A DNA stretch of 64,000 nt from NCBI GenBank assembly GCA_024137785.1, contig JAHRHZ010000263.1, positions 25,957,334 through 26,021,333 of the forward strand, given 5' to 3'. Position numbers and translations under genes: made by a program. The stretch's first letter is position 1. Every line of letters begins with the position of its first letter. This DNA is from Ginglymostoma cirratum. Lineage: Eukaryota. Positions 1 through 13,942 of this stretch are shown in pieces. The notes under the pieces are model-generated. The model made no database searches. It was given only the letters and a program-made list of their open reading frames with translations, and was not told the DNA's origin.

Positions 1-849
1 CAAGATCTGAATTCCAATGTTGAAGCTCTCACCATCAATGCAGCATTTGATTTGAGTATGGCATCACGAAACCCGAGTAAAGTTCAAATGAGTAGAATCA
101 GGTGGAAAATTCTCCAGCTCAGGCCTAGAAAATCATTGCGGAGTGCCTCACAGCAATTTCTAATTCTAAATATCTTCAGTTGTTTCATCAGTCATCATAA
201 GGCCAAAGGTTAGCTGGTGATTGCAGTTTCCAGCTCCACACTCAATTCTGTAGGTGACAAAGAATGAGTGTCTACGTGCAGAAAACTTGAACTACATCAA
301 TATCTGGGCAATAATAATCAATACATTCACATCACACAAATGTCAATTAACATCTATCCTTCAAAATGTTACCTTACAGAGATGTTTGCCAATGGTTGCA
401 TCAAAGAGAAGTAACAGGTTATGTCAAAACAGCAGGAAGAAGAGGAAGCAGAAGAATTTGGAAGCCCAGTATTTTTCAGCAAGACATTATAGGATACTGC
501 ATAAACAAGCTCACTTGGCTCATTTTACATCTGGTTATTGTTTGGACAAGTTATCAATTCATTCCATTCCTCTACTCCTTCTCTGTAGCTGCAATTGTTA
601 CACAGTCAACTATTTATTCAAATTTCATGTTAAACAGTACTAATTAATCTGCTTCCACCTTTTACACTCCTCTTTTACCTCTAGCTGTTTTGCCAATTAC
701 CTTGGATCAGGGTCCTGTGGTTATTGAACCTCCTGACAGTGTGGACTTGGAAGCGACTATGAAGCCACCCTGTAAACTAAAGTCCAAAATTTAATACAGC
801 TCAATAATTTAAAACTGGCCATGATGATTGCATGACTTCTCATAATATG

Positions 850-1185
850 ATGTTCAAACTTTAGTGCTTTTGACAAGGCCCACTGGCCTTCATAATACAG
901 TTGTTGATACCTTTCAGATGTTCATGGTGAATGACATCTCAGTCCATGACTCTGTGGTGGCCAGGCTATTAATTGCCACTATTGCTTGGAGACATGATAA
1001 AGGAACATGTTGGTATCCTGCAATAGGGTAACATGCTCCCATTGCATTTCTGACACTCCCTTAAGGCTGGAGCTCATAACGCTTCTACTAATGTGCAGCA
1101 ATGCACATTGAAGATTAATGGATTCTTTAAAGTTCCAGTCTATTTGTTTCACTAAACTCTTCAGGATAGAAACTACCCCATCCAA
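850..1185 (-). mobile_element. Degraded CR1-clade LINE fragment (endonuclease region)
   Basis: ORF 979-1185 resembles the APE endonuclease segment (GVVSIL ... TLLQDTNM, cf. GGVAIL ... GDFN); heavily decayed. Confidence 0.35.
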
Positions 1186-1714
1186 AATAAATATCAGTTT
1201 CTCAATGTAGTCATTTAACTTCCACTAAAAGCTACATATCTTGCTAAAAAGAGTTTCTGTTGTGAGATCCCATCACACAGCCTAGCCAAGGCGGTGCTGA
1301 TGCCTCAAGGGATGCACACTGCTGGAAGCTGAGTTTTCTGTATTGTCAATCATAGTAGTGAAATTCCTTGGTAGAATTTCTCTTCTCCCAGTTATTTGTG
1401 TGTTATGGATAGTTTTTCTTTCCCGTGATTGAGTCCCTGGAGTTGTCAGTTTTCTGGAGCAGCACTGGGAGAAGACTTGTCCCTTCCATGAGCTTTATTC
1501 TGTACTGTTCCTACATTCACTACTTACTGCTGCCCATTGGTGGACAGTGATTCACCATATCTCACTCCTTTGCAGACGCTATCTAACCCATGCAGGGTAC
1601 CAGTGACTAAGCAGGTACCTGGGAGAGATGGTGTGCATGGTAGTGATGGTTTTTTTACTTACATGAAAGTAGCATTCAGAACAAAATGAACTAACAACAA
1701 AAATAGAGGTTATT

Positions 1715-2635
1715 GAATGTGATCTTAAAGCTGATACAGAGACATGATTACAAGGAGATCAATGTTTGATTCAAAATATTCAGGGCTGTGTGACTTTTTG
1801 AAAGGACAAACAGAAAGGAAACGTTGGTGGGACAGCTTTGTTAGCGGTATGCTTTAAGTGTAACTGCTAGAAATGGTCTTGGATCAGAGGATGTAGAATC
1901 AATGTGTGAAGGTAAGAAATAACAAAGCAAGAAAAAGTTACTGATGAGGGTGGTCAATATGCTCCCTAACAGCAGCTATATTGTAGGACAGAGAATAACT
2001 CAGATGACAATAAGGGCACATCAAAAAGATATTCAAAACATATTCAATGAATTGGTGGTCGTCTTCCAAAATCCTAAAGACTGAAGTCTGACAAATTTAA
2101 CCCCACTGTTTAAAAGAGGAAGGAGAGGGGGAAAAAAAACAAAATTACAAACAAGTCAGCCTAACATCAGTATTGGGAAAAGTTTGACAGTCTAATATAA
2201 AAGACAGGATAACAGAACGTTGGGAAATCATTAACAGGATTAGATAAAAGCAGCGTGGGTTTATGAAAGGGAAATCATGCTTAACTGGAATTTTTTGAGC
2301 ATACAGCTAGTAGAGTACATAAGGAAGAACCAGTGGATGTAGTGTATTTGGATTTCAAGAAAGTTTTTGATAAAGTCCATATAAGAGATGTGTGGAAAAA
2401 TTGAAGCACATTGATTGGGGTTAATACACTTGCATGGAGTGAAAAATGGTTGACATACCAGAAACATAGAGTGAGAATAAATGGGTCGTTTTCTCAGATT
2501 CAGGTGGTGACTAGTAGTGCATTGTAGGGATCAGTGCTTGGGCCCCAGCCTTTAACAATGTATATAAATAAATGACTCAAATGAGGAAACCAAATGACAA
2601 CCCAAAACTAGATTCTGAGTTATGAGTTTAGTGAT
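1715..2635 (+). mobile_element. CR1 LINE ORF2 fragments
   Basis: Encodes VDVVYLDFKKVFDKV and GSVLGPQPL motifs typical of CR1 RT; interrupted by the Gypsy LTR at 2636. Confidence 0.85.
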
Positions 2636-2854
2636 TGTAATGAGGTCAGTCAGGGGACCACACAGAATATGTGTTTCCTGATTGGGGCTGCTAATCTGGT
2701 CCAATCAGGGAGACATGGTTGACAGACTAAAAAAAGGAGAATCAGACAGTCTGGGAACTGCTTCTGAGGGAGCTGGACCATTGTCGACGACTTTCCACGA
2801 GTAAATAAAAGATGATGTGATGACGGGATACTGGCCACTGCAGACATTATTTCA
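2636..2854 (+). repeat. 5' LTR of Mag-like Gypsy retrotransposon
   Basis: TGTAAT...ATTTCA termini, AATAAA near 2804, followed by PBS-like TGGCGACAAC at 2856 (cf. TGGCGACGAG, tRNA-Ser type). Confidence 0.75.
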
Positions 2855-4706
2855 GTGGCGACAACAGTAAAGCACGTTCCTGAAGAAACTCACTCACAAC
2901 AGTCGTCTTTGAGTTAGGATAAGCATTTCTTGCATCACGCTATTATTTGGGAAGCTTGACTCGTTCAAGCATCAACTCATCAAAGACTGGGCCTAGTATG
3001 TGGAAATAATGCATTTTTTTTTCTGGGCAAATGACAGGGGGGCAGATCAAAAGCAAAGAGTAATTCTCCTGCCAGTTTGTGGACCTACGGATTTTTCAGT
3101 TATTAGGAGTCCAACTTTCCCTAAGGTACCAGATACTAAAACCTGTCAATGGTTGATGGATTTATTTAAGGAATACTACAACCCCAAGCAACATCTAATT
3201 CTGAGATGCTATTATTTTTACTCGGCAATTTGAGAACCAGGGGAATCCTTATCAGGATCCTTATCAAGGTTAAGACAACTAGAAGCAGGTGACTTTGGTT
3301 TGACCCTAAATGAGATGCTGAGAGACTGGTTGGTATGTGGGGTCAATGATGTAACCACGACAAAGCGTCTACTAGCTGAAACCCAACTGGACTTTAAACA
3401 GACACCACAACTGACTTTATCTTTGGAAAATGTGGCAAGTGCAGCACATGAGTTGCAGTGTATTCCGATGGAAGTGGACACCCTTGCCAATATGACTAAG
3501 CTTGGGGAACACCACTTGAGGGCAAGCAATTGCATAGGCACATGCAGGACATATGCTGAACAGAGGGTGTCTAGGTCAGCCCACAGCAAAACCCCAAAAA
3601 GCCAACCCTCAGTGAAACAGTTAAAATTTTCTTCAGAATCTGGGCCGACAAGCGATTATAGTTGCTGCCAGTATGTCCTATTTGACCTAAATTGAATAAG
3701 AGAACTCATAGGCTGGTATCTAGGAGAGTGTACGCTAGAAAGTCCACCCGCATCGTGGTTTGGAATAATTGAATTGCTTAGCAACATCCAAATCAGAACT
3801 AATGAAAATAAACATCTGGTTAAATGGTCATCCGGTTCTAATGGAGGTCAATACCAGCGCAGCCAGTTCAGTGACCACAGAACCAATCTTTAACAAAATT
3901 CGCTTCGGACTCCAACCCTTCAGTTTCTGTAAGACCTCGGCTAGACTGAGAACCTTACTGGGGAAGCTTTACAGATTCTGGGTACAACTCCAGTTCCGGT
4001 CTCTTATGAGAAGCAACTGGTTCAGTTACCACTGATTGTAGTAAAACACTCGAGCCTAAGCTTGATGAGGGGGAATTGATTGGGAGAGATTCACCTAGAT
4101 TGGCCTAACGTTTTTCAATTAGAAAATGACTGCCTGAGTGAAGTCCTAAATAAATACATGGAGGACTTTCAGGAAGGTCTAGGGACTATCAAAGGAGACA
4201 AATGCACCTTGCATATTGACCAGAAAGCAATTCCATGATTCTGCAAGGTCTGCCTCATGCCATTTGTCTTACGGGCAAAAGTAGAGGCAGAAATCAGAAG
4301 GCTGGAAAGCAAAGGAATCATCAAACCGGTCCGGTCTGCGAATGGGCAGCACTGGTTGTATTGATTTTGAAGCCCAACAGATCAGTTTGCCTTTGTGGGG
4401 ACTTCAGACAAATGGTAAACCACGTTTTGCAGCTAAGTAAATACCCAATCCCTCACATTGAGGATTTATATGCAAAGCTAGCGGCGGGGGGGAGCTGTCC
4501 ATCGCAAAGCTGGACATGAGCCATGTGTACTCGCAATTGCAGTTAGATGAGAATTCCCAGAAGTATGCTACAATTAATACCCATAAGGGTTTGTACCTAT
4601 ATATGAGACTGAAATTTGTCATTTTGTCAGCCTATACAATTTTTCAGCAGATGATGGAGAACATTTTGAGAAGTCAGGTTGCCATTTGTCTAGATGACAT
4701 GCTAAT

Positions 4707-5247
4707 TTGATTTTGATTTGACTTGATTTGGTTTGATTTACTGTAGTCACGTGTACCTAAGTACAATGAAAAGCTTTGTACAGTACAGGCAGATGATAGC
4801 AAACAAGGACATACAGGTCATAGGGTGCTTAGACCATGCAAGGCATACAAGGATACAACTGCACAGGAGGTGCGCAAAGCAAGATCAACATTACTTGAAG
4901 TTAGACAGTCCATTCAGCAGTCTAATAATGCCAGGAAAGAAGCTGTTCTTGATCTTGATGGTGCATGTGTTCAAGCTTCTGTATCTCCTGCCTAATGGAA
5001 GAGGTTGTTCAAGAGCAATACCAGGGTGGGAGGGTTTATGATGTTGGCAGCATTTCCATGGCAACAACAAATGTAAATGGAGTCGACGGCTTCTGTGATG
5101 GTCTGGGCTGTGCGTACAACCTTCTGTTGTTTCTTCTGGTCCTGGGCAGAGCAGTTGCCATACCAGGCTGTTATGCACCCAGATAGTATGCTTTCAATGG
5201 TGCATCTGTAAAAGTTGGTGAGGATCCTTATGGACATGTCAAATTTC
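4707..5247 (-). mobile_element. Rex1/Babar LINE 3' fragment nested in the Gypsy RT
   Basis: Minus ORF ILTNFYRCTIESILSGCITAWYGNCSAQDQKKQQKVVRTAQTIT; (ATCAA)n-like tail; flanked by CTAAT duplication (4702-4706, 5248-5252). Confidence 0.88.
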
Positions 5248-5527
5248 CTAATAACAGGGAAGGTCAATAAGGAGCACTTAGCGAACTTGGACATAGTCCT
5301 TAGATGGTTCTCCCAGGTGGGCGAATGCTTAAGAAGGGAAAATGTGTGTTCCAGGTAGTCTAAGTGACCTACCTGGACTACAGACTTGACTAGACCTGTT
5401 GGAAGATAAAGTAAGGGTGCTCAAAGGTGCGCCAGCTACAATGTTTGTACCAGAGCTTAGGTCTTTCCTTGGGCTAGTGATTTATTACGGAAAGTTCATA
5501 CATAACCTGGCCTCCAGTCTGGCAGCT

Positions 5528-6529
5528 TTTGGAAAGTGAAGTCGATCAAACCCCTCTGATAATTAAACCAAAACACAAGTTCCAATTTGTTATGACGGGA
5601 GTAGAGGTTCCCTTCCAATAATTACCTCTGAAACACCCTGAAAAGCTTGCCTTTCCCCTCGTAATTTGTTAAAAGAGTGGTTAAAAGAAAGAAAATCCCT
5701 GATACAATCTATAAATACTAGCTAATACCAGCTAACAATTTATTTATTTACCTTAACAATGAACAAATTAACAGAATTACCAACAAACTAAACAATTCCC
5801 CCCAAATACTAACTATTCCCTAAATTCTACTGGAATGGTACTCAAATAAATACAAGTGCCACTTATATAAACCCAATTAATAAGACAATAATAAATTAAA
5901 ACTTAGCCTCTCCAAGTTCATGCAGAATATGTCTTCTGGAAAGTTCCATCTTTTGGGTATGTCTTCTCTTTCTGCTGTTCTCTCTGTAATTTGTTCTGTG
6001 AGGAGTTTGAACTTAAAAAATGCCATGGTACCTTTGGGGCTTTTTAGAGAGCCTAACGATTTTGTATGAAAGCCAGGTTTATGTCTCAGATGGTAGATTT
6101 GCTTTCGCATAAAATGGCAATTGGCTCTTTGCTGATTTTCCAAATGCTGTCTTTTTTTTTCTACCCCTGATTATCTGTCCATTTCTAACACTAGTATTGG
6201 TCCCAGATTGTCAGCACCATCAGGTCTAAATTTAATTGGCTTTCAGTAGCTAGGGCCTGGTTTAAATTAATTGGATAAATTCAAAAACCTGTTGTCTTGG
6301 TGAATCTGCTTTGCCTACTAACAGTATAACCCTTTGATACACATGTTTCAATTCATGAGCTGTCTATGCAGCTGCTTGCAGACACATTTTTCTGTATTAA
6401 TCACCAAGCTTAGAAAAGCACTCTATCTCTTGAAGGGACCACACATTTTTTTCTCCCTTATTATTTTTTACAAACACATTCCAGTTTGGTGCCTTCCAAT
6501 TCATGCGTATTCTATTCAACTTCATAACA
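5528..6529 (-). repeat. Solo LTR related to the Gmr1-type element LTRs at 22.3 and 27.4 kb
   Basis: Shares blocks such as CTCTGATAATTAAACCAAAACACAAG and AAAGAGTGGTTAAAAGAAAGAAAATCCCTGAT; ends CATAACA; splits the host pol sequence HNLASSLA|PLHQLLKK. Confidence 0.85.
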
Positions 6530-7835
6530 TGCCTTTGCACCAACTCCTAAAAAAATGTCAGCCTGGAAAGGTTTGCATATCAAAGCTATAGCTTTCAAGG
6601 AAGTGAAGAAACAGTTATCATCCTCTAAGGTGTTGGTACACTGTGACCCCAAGCAACATCTGGTATTGATACGCAATGCCTCCTCTTATGGCAATGAGGT
6701 AGTATTAGCTCATAGGTGGCCGCTCTTGAGGAATGCCTAATAGTGTATGCATCTAGAACTTTGGCTGATGGAGAGTGTAAATATGTCCAGATAGAAAATG
6801 AAGGTTTGGTGGTCATATTTGGAGTCAGGAAGTCCCACCAATACCTTTATGGATGTAAATTTGTAACAATAATGGACCACAAACCCTGCTAGGTCTACTT
6901 AAAGAGGACACGCAGTGCCGCCCATACATTCAGGCTGAATTCAGCAGTCGGCTCGTATGTTAAGCGAATATAATTACAATTTGGAACACTGTCCAGGAGG
7001 CCAAGTGGCGAATGTGAGTGCATTGAGCCGCCTCCTACTGACAGATACACCACTGGTGGTAGCTACTGGAAGTGTCTGTTATGGTTTTAAGTTTTCTGGA
7101 CACACTTCCAATCACAGCTGACAATATCAGACTTTGGCTCCAGAAGGATCTGGTCCTGGCAAAACTGAAACAGCTGGTAGTGGCAGGGGAAGCCAAAGGG
7201 CTGTCACAATCAGAATTGAAACCTTTTTGGACCCAGTGAGACCAGATCACAGTACTGGACTGTATATTATTATAGGGAGCAAGAGTAATTGTCCTGAGCA
7301 AAGGTTGCTGCCAGATACTAGCTGAACTCCACTAGGGTCATCCAGGGGTGTCCAAAATGAAGACGTTGGCTAAAAGTTATGTGTGGTGGCCAAGCTTGGA
7401 TGCAGACAAAACCGCATTGGTGGGGCAAGAAGGACAAAAATTACAGCCATTCATGGGAAGGACTGGGTAAACCCTGGACTCGGTTATACGTCAACTATGC
7501 AGATCCTTACACGGGCGTAACATTCTTAGTCATTCTAGCTGCCCAGTCAAGGTGGTTGCATGCGCATAGAGTTCATTTGTCAAACACAAGAATGATGATA
7601 GAATGACTGAGCACATCTTTTGCAATACATAGACTCCTGGAAGTGTTTGTCATAGACAATGGGACATTGTTTACTAGCAGAGAATTTGAGTACTTCCTAA
7701 AGTCGAATAGGATTCGATATATAAGGACAGTTCCGTACTACCCATCATCCAATGGCGTGGCAGAAACAGCAGTCCATTCAGCTGATACTGGGGATGGGAG
7801 GACTGTAGTTTGTGGAGAGATTGGGCCTATCATAG

Positions 7836-8013
7836 TCATAGAGTCATACAGAATGGAAACAGACCCTGCAGTCCAACCAGTCCATGCCAATCACAATCCC
7901 AAACTAAATTAGTCCCACCTGCCGACTCATGCCCCTCCAAACCTTTCCTACTCATGTACCTATCCAAATTTTTTTTTAAACGTTGTGATTGTATCCACCA
8001 CTCCTGTCCTCAC
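7836..8013 (-). mobile_element. CR1 3' tail fragment
   Basis: (CATAGAGT)n-type tail and CR1 3' UTR (GGAAACAGACCCT..GTCCAAC) on the minus strand. Confidence 0.75.
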
Positions 8014-8014
8014 T

Positions 8015-8845
8015 AGATTTTAGAAGAATGAAAGGGGATCTGATTGAAAAGTATAAAATGCTAATAGGGCTCTTCACACTAGATTCAGGGAGGATATTTC
8101 CCCTGGTTTGAGTCTAGAACCAGGGGTCAGTTCTAGAACATGGAGTAGGCCATGTAAAACTGAGTTGAGGAAACATTTTCTCACTCAGAGGATGTTCATC
8201 TTGTTGAATATGCTGCCACAGAATACTGTGGAGAACAGATCACTGAGTATATTCAAGAAAGAGATTAATAACTTTTTAGATATTAAAGGCATCAATGGGT
8301 ACGGAGAGAAACTGGGAATACAGGTATTTCTCCTATAATGCGATAGTTGCATTCTTGTGTGACCTTGCGCTATAGAAAATCATGTAACAGAAAATCACTT
8401 TGGAAAATTGCATTATAGGGAAATTGCTATAGAAAAATCGCTATACTGTACAGTAGAAAGTTTGTGTTATCTAAACAGTATCCACTATTCGTCAATCACA
8501 TTACAGCCGACTCACATGAATCAAACACATGTTAAAGCAGAAATACCTGTATGGCATTGAGACGAAGGATCAACGCTGATCATATAGAATGGTGGAGTGG
8601 GCTTAAAGGGTTGAATGACCTACTCCCACTCCTAGTTTCTATGTCTGTATGAGGAAGAAATCATGGGGTGTATTTGGGACAGTATCCTAGAGCAATAGTC
8701 AAGGCTGAGCTAGACAGTAAGAGAATCAAGAATTACGGGGAAAATGCTTAGAAGTGGAGTTACGAGTTATCAACTCAGCAACAATTACATTGAATAGTGG
8801 AACAGACTTTATGGGCTAAATGGCCTACTTCTGCTCCTGTGTCTT
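8015..8845 (+). mobile_element. CR1 3' end fragments (ORF2 C-terminus and tails), interrupted by a MITE
   Basis: RRMKGDLIEKYKML and KTELRKHFLTQR motifs; GGGTTGAATGACCTACTCC-type 3' hairpin and (TCTATGT)n tail. Confidence 0.8.
8321..8549. mobile_element. Tc1/mariner (pogo/Tigger-like) MITE
   Basis: TIRs CAGGTATTTCTCCTATAA / TTAAAGCAGAAATACCTG (16 of 18 complementary); TA duplication at 8319-8320 and 8550-8551; splits a CR1 tail. Confidence 0.85.
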
Positions 8846-10144
8846 ATGCTCTTATGCTTTGTTCTTTTTCTCAAAAAGGTTGTGTAGTGAAGGAAGGCAA
8901 TTGTGCATTTCCTAGCCCCATGAGATTCATATAAGACTGCAATTCTCACACAAAGTCAAATGAAGTGTACTAGATATGAAAACATGAGAGAGAGAAAAAA
9001 ATCTGATTTCTTATGCATGACCAAAGGGCAGAGTAAGTAGAGAACCTGGATAACGCAGCATTTTTTCAAGGCACAATGGGATGGGTTGACATGTATACCT
9101 CCTCTATCTGCTGCAAGTCACTATGTCCTTCAGAATCACATTGTATCTCTTTCATCAAAATGCAAGTGTCCAAATACAAATGTTTTCAATTCTGTGGGCT
9201 TCATGATTTTCTGATAGTAAAACAGATCCCAGGAAAGTCAATATGTCAAAAGCTAGATGGGTGATCTTCTGCACCCTAACACTTCCATTCAAATTTTCTC
9301 CTGTTTGAATAATTTATGTTGATATGTTTTTGACCAGTTCTGTACTGTAGATGGAGTAGTTGTTCTCTTTATGGCTCATTCCTGAGACTACAAGCCATTT
9401 AAAAAATGCTGATACTTAACAATGCAATAAGCCAAAATGTACTGAAATTTGTCAGTGCTTAATAATGTATTGGCTAATATATGTTAAATCCTTGTTGGTT
9501 GTGTTACAAGGGCAAGAAGTTAATAGAGTTTATATTTTAAAATACCTTCATATGGGGCAGGTTTTGATCAAGAGATCTTCTTAATTTATTTCTATAGAGA
9601 AGCATAGTTTTGAATAAAAGACAGATTTGGCCAGAGTAGACTCATTAATCATCTGCCCTCACTGCAATCATTCCTGCTTGACAATCCCATCACAAATAAC
9701 AAATTAGACAGTGAGAAGAAGAGCAGACTACAAAAATAGCTAATTTACATTTGGAATTGCAGTACACTGGAAACATTAGTAAATAATGAATGGCCACCTG
9801 AACACATATTTGCTTGATTTTTCTGTCCAAGATTGTTGTTTTTTGCCTCATCACTGAGTATGTATGAAGTACTTTTGATGCCCAATGTATTTTCTTAACT
9901 TACACTGGAATTCGAGAGGGGAACTTCTGGGCATTGATCGTTCTACTTATATATAGATCTTCTTGTCGTTTTTACCATAATTGGAAAGAAAAATTCAGGG
10001 AAAAAAATAATAAAATTATTATGTTTGGTATATTCAGATACTTATTAATGTATTATCACTGTCAAATAATTTATGGAAGTTCATATTAACTGTATTACTG
10101 ACGCAGAAGCAGGGCCAATATTTTGAAAATAGATGTAACACATT

Positions 10145-10960
10145 TGCTACCCTCCAATTCTTGAGGGTTTCTGAATTTTGAAAATTCAGGGATAGTCATT
10201 CCACTAATTCAGCACCAACCTATTGCTGACCCCTCAACTGGTGAATCAGTGCTCCTCAAATGTTGAATACCAATTGGAAGATGCATTGAGGACGGCAAAG
10301 GCAAAGAATGTGGGTGGTAGTCTTCAACAAGAATGGCTCAGTAGCACCAGTACCAACCAAACTGCCGAGCTCTAATGGACATATCTGCTTGACTGTGTCT
10401 GTAGCAAATGTTGAGGAACCAATATGAACATAAATCTACTTGACTTCATCCTACCGATCTACCTGAAACAGATGGATCTGTCCCTGGCTATTGAAAGGAA
10501 TGACCATTTGCAGTCCTGTCTTCACATTGTCAGTATCGCATTCTGTAGCAGTACCACCTTGCTAAATAGGACAGACTTCAAACTTTCTAGCAACTCAAGC
10601 TGGGGCACCCAGCAGTGGCCCCAGCAGAATTGTATTTGACCACAATTCAGCATATCCTCACTCTATGATTACCATCGAGCCTTGAGACCAACCGTGGTTC
10701 AATGAGGAGAGCAGAGGACATGCCAGAAGAAGCATCAGTCATATATAAAAGAAAGATGTCAATCCAGTTCAACAGTAGACAACTTGTATGCCAAACAGCA
10801 TGAACAGCATGCTAATGATAAAATTAAACAATCCCACACTAATGGATCAAATCTAAAGGCAGCAGTCCTACTACTTCAAGTTGCAAATGGTGCTGGACAA
10901 CTTAATAACTCACTGGAGGAACAGTCCTCACAAATGTCCCCATTCAAGTAATCCCAGCCA
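10145..10960 (+). mobile_element. Degraded CR1-clade LINE (endonuclease and linker region)
   Basis: Remnants such as QEWLSSTST, LLDFIL, DQPWFNEE and KWCWTT, typical of this LINE family. Confidence 0.6.
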
Positions 10961-11369
10961 ATAAAAATATTTTAATATTTTAGCCTACGTTTTCCTGATA
11001 CCAAAGTGGTCTGCCATTGGAATTTTGTGAGCCACATGTCAAATTTTGTTTCACATGGATTACTGCCAAAACCTCCAGTTGGTATTTGAGGTGGTTTTTA
11101 TTTCCTCATTAATGCTTTGACCCTTATATAATAAACTCAGGTCTTGGTTCTGATTCAGTTTCTAAGTAGGTTGTCTGATGCAACTCCCTTAGTTCAGGAA
11201 ATCTCTGTTGTCTGTTCCAGTAAAGAATATTGGCTCATCATGTCAACTTCATACACTCTAGCTTTATCCTACTAATTTAAGTTTACAAAAAAATCACGTA
11301 ATTTACAAGTTATCTCCCCTTTTCATAGGTTCTTCCTCTTGCTGTCTAATTCTATGAATTTTCAAATAT

Positions 11370-13085
11370 ATGTACAAGGAGCAGTTGTAGGCCTTCAGTG
11401 CCTTGATCCTTTGTGCCATTGTATGAAATCATGGCTGATCTGATTGTAACCTTGCATCAACATTCCTGTCTAGCCTGATAACCTTTCAGTCCTTTCCTTA
11501 ATAAGAATCTATCCGTCTGTGCCTTAATAATGTTAAAAAACTCTGGCAATCTCTTCCCAAAAAGGTACTTGAAGCAAAGTCTCTTGACTGTCTGTGACGA
11601 AAGAAGAAGCCTCACCTCTGTTTTAAATGAGTGGCCTCTTATTTTCAAACAAAAATCCTACTTCTAGACTTATCCATAATAGAAAAAATTCTCTTCACAT
11701 AAATGCTGTTTATTACCCTGTGGGACAACTGGCAATTACACCCTGCCAACCAAAAAGATACTTATTTATGCCGACACTCCACTTCCTGTTAGCCAGTTAA
11801 CCTTTCAATGCCAATATGCTACACCCCTGCAGCATGAGTGTTTAATTTCCACAATAGCCTTTTACCAATCTTTTGGAGTTCTTTGAGGAGGCAACACAAA
11901 CTGTGGATCTGGGAAAATTGGTGAATCTACTGTATTTAGATTTCCAAAGGCATTTGATAAGATTCCACATGAAATGATTTTGCAGAAAAAAAAAGCTCAT
12001 GGTGTAGAGGGTAGCATCTTTGCATCAATAGAATAATGGCTGGTGAACAAGAAACAGAGTAATTGTAAGTGGGCCTTTTTCAGATTTCAAGATGTAACAA
12101 CAGGTGTCTCACAGGATCACTGGTGTGTTGAGACCTCAGCTGTTTACAATTTTTAAAAATGACTTGAAATGAAGGGACAGAAGCTACAGTCATCAAATTT
12201 GCTAATGACAGAAAGACACATAGGAAAGTAATAACACAAGAAATAGAAGCGGAAGAAAGGCATGCATTGCCATTCAACAGGATCATTGCTGATCTATTCC
12301 AGGTCTCAACTCTTCTTTTGTGCCAGCTCAGCATAGCTGTCAACTCCCTGTTGTATTTAAATACTTGCAGTGACCTAACCACTGCTACTCTCGGGTAGAG
12401 AATTCCAGACATTCTCAGAGAAGAAATTCCTTCACATCTCAGCTTTAAATGAGCGCCCCCTTAATTTATAACTTTGTCCCCTAGTTCTGGATTTCCCCAC
12501 TGGTGGAAATATCTTCTCAACATCTACTCTGTCAAGTCCCCTCAAAACCTTGTATGTTTCAATAAGACCATTCCCCGTTTTTCTGAACTCTAAGAAATGA
12601 AGCCTAACATCTTTAGTTATTCTTAATAGGTCAATCTCTTTACCCCAGGAATTAGCCTAGTGTATCTCTCACAAACAGCCTCCAATGCCAATGTATCATT
12701 TTTAAATACAAGAACCAAAACCATACACAGTACTCCAGGTACAGCCTCACCAACCCACGCTGTACAATTGTAACAAAACTTCACTATTTTTAAACTCCAT
12801 TGCCCGAGCAATAAAGAACAAAATTTCTTTTGCCTTCTTAAATATTTCCTGTACTTCCGTGCTGACTTCTGTGTTTTGTGCACAGGAACACCCAGATCCC
12901 TCTGCACTGTACTTTTTTGGTTCTATCTCCTTTTAAATAATAGCCTGCCTTTCACTTCTTCCCTACCAAAATGCATGACATCACATTTCCTACATTAAAT
13001 TCCAGCTGCCAATTTTTTTGTCCACTTTGTCTATACCTATCTATAATCCTCTTGTAGATTCCTTATGACCCCATCACAACATGGC
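11370..13085. mobile_element. Cluster of nested CR1 fragments on both strands
   Basis: KIRGHSFKTEVR (-), YLDFQRHLIRFH (+), QRDLGVPVHKTQK..LEAVCERYTRLIPG (-). Confidence 0.8.
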
Positions 13086-13847
13086 CTCAAAAATGAGGAC
13101 ACTCCTGGGCTATCTCAGCATCATCTTCAACTTCATCGTCAAAGCAGATTTCTCACTCCTCCATCTCTTCATCTCTGAACACGTCCCTTCCTGTCAAGTG
13201 AGGTTGTGGCAGGCATTGTAAATCACCATGATGGAGGAGAATCTGGAGTACACCACATTGCACTGTCTGACCTGTTCAGCCATCTGAACCTTATCTCTAG
13301 GAGGCCAAAGGATTGTTTTACATTAACCCTAATGGAAGCATGTTTAGCATAGTTCCTCTCTTTGGCATTCGTTCTGTGGATTCCTGAGAGGTGTCATCAT
13401 CGAGGTTTTGAGGGGTTAGCCAACTAACCATCTCTGAATGTGAAGGGAACTAAAAATGCAAGGACCTATGACTGTTCTAGAACAGTCAATACAATTTTGT
13501 GACAGCTCCCTGGATAATGCGCACTGACATGTATTATGTGGCTGGAGTGCCCACAGATGATCTGAACATTCATGAAGTGGAAGCCTTTCCTATGAATATT
13601 GTTGGTTGCTGATAGGTAACATGCCCAGATGTGCCCGTGGAAATCCTGCAGTGACAGCAAAGCTGACTGCTCTGGCCTGACTCCCTGCATTCTGGGGGAA
13701 TATAATAAATTTTAGTGTGCTTTACCAAAGACAGCATTAGTAATCTCCTAGAAACATATTAGTGAGTGCCGTACTGAAATGATTAATGTGCATGGAAATT
13801 GTGGGTCATTGTAATTTTCAAGGCCAGTGGAATGGGATTGCCTTCAT

Positions 13848-13942
13848 ACCATGTCTTTGCTTGCTATGATCTGCCTGTACTGCTCAGAAAGCTTTCACTG
13901 TACTTAGGTACGCGTGACTACAACAGATCAAATCAAATTAAA
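13848..13942 (+). mobile_element. Rex1/Babar LINE 3' tail
   Basis: AAAGCTTTCACTGTACTTAGGTACGCGTGAC...ATCAAATCAAA, the same tail as 4707-4780 and 22390-22472. Confidence 0.7.

Larger units (their letters stand above)
2856..7780 (+). mobile_element. Degenerate Mag-like Gypsy internal region (gag, PR, RT, RH, INT), 3'-truncated
   Basis: gag (LNEMLRDWLVCGVND), protease (LNGHPVLMEVNTSA), RT (VCLCGDFRQMVN, YATINTHKGLY, CLDDMLI), RH and INT (IDNGTLFTSREFEYFLKSN...PYYPSSNGVAE). Many stops and frameshifts; two nested insertions. Confidence 0.92.

Noticed and set aside
254-647. Overlapping 129-aa and 93-aa ORFs
   Set aside because: No recognisable domain or convincing splice signals; lengths compatible with chance.
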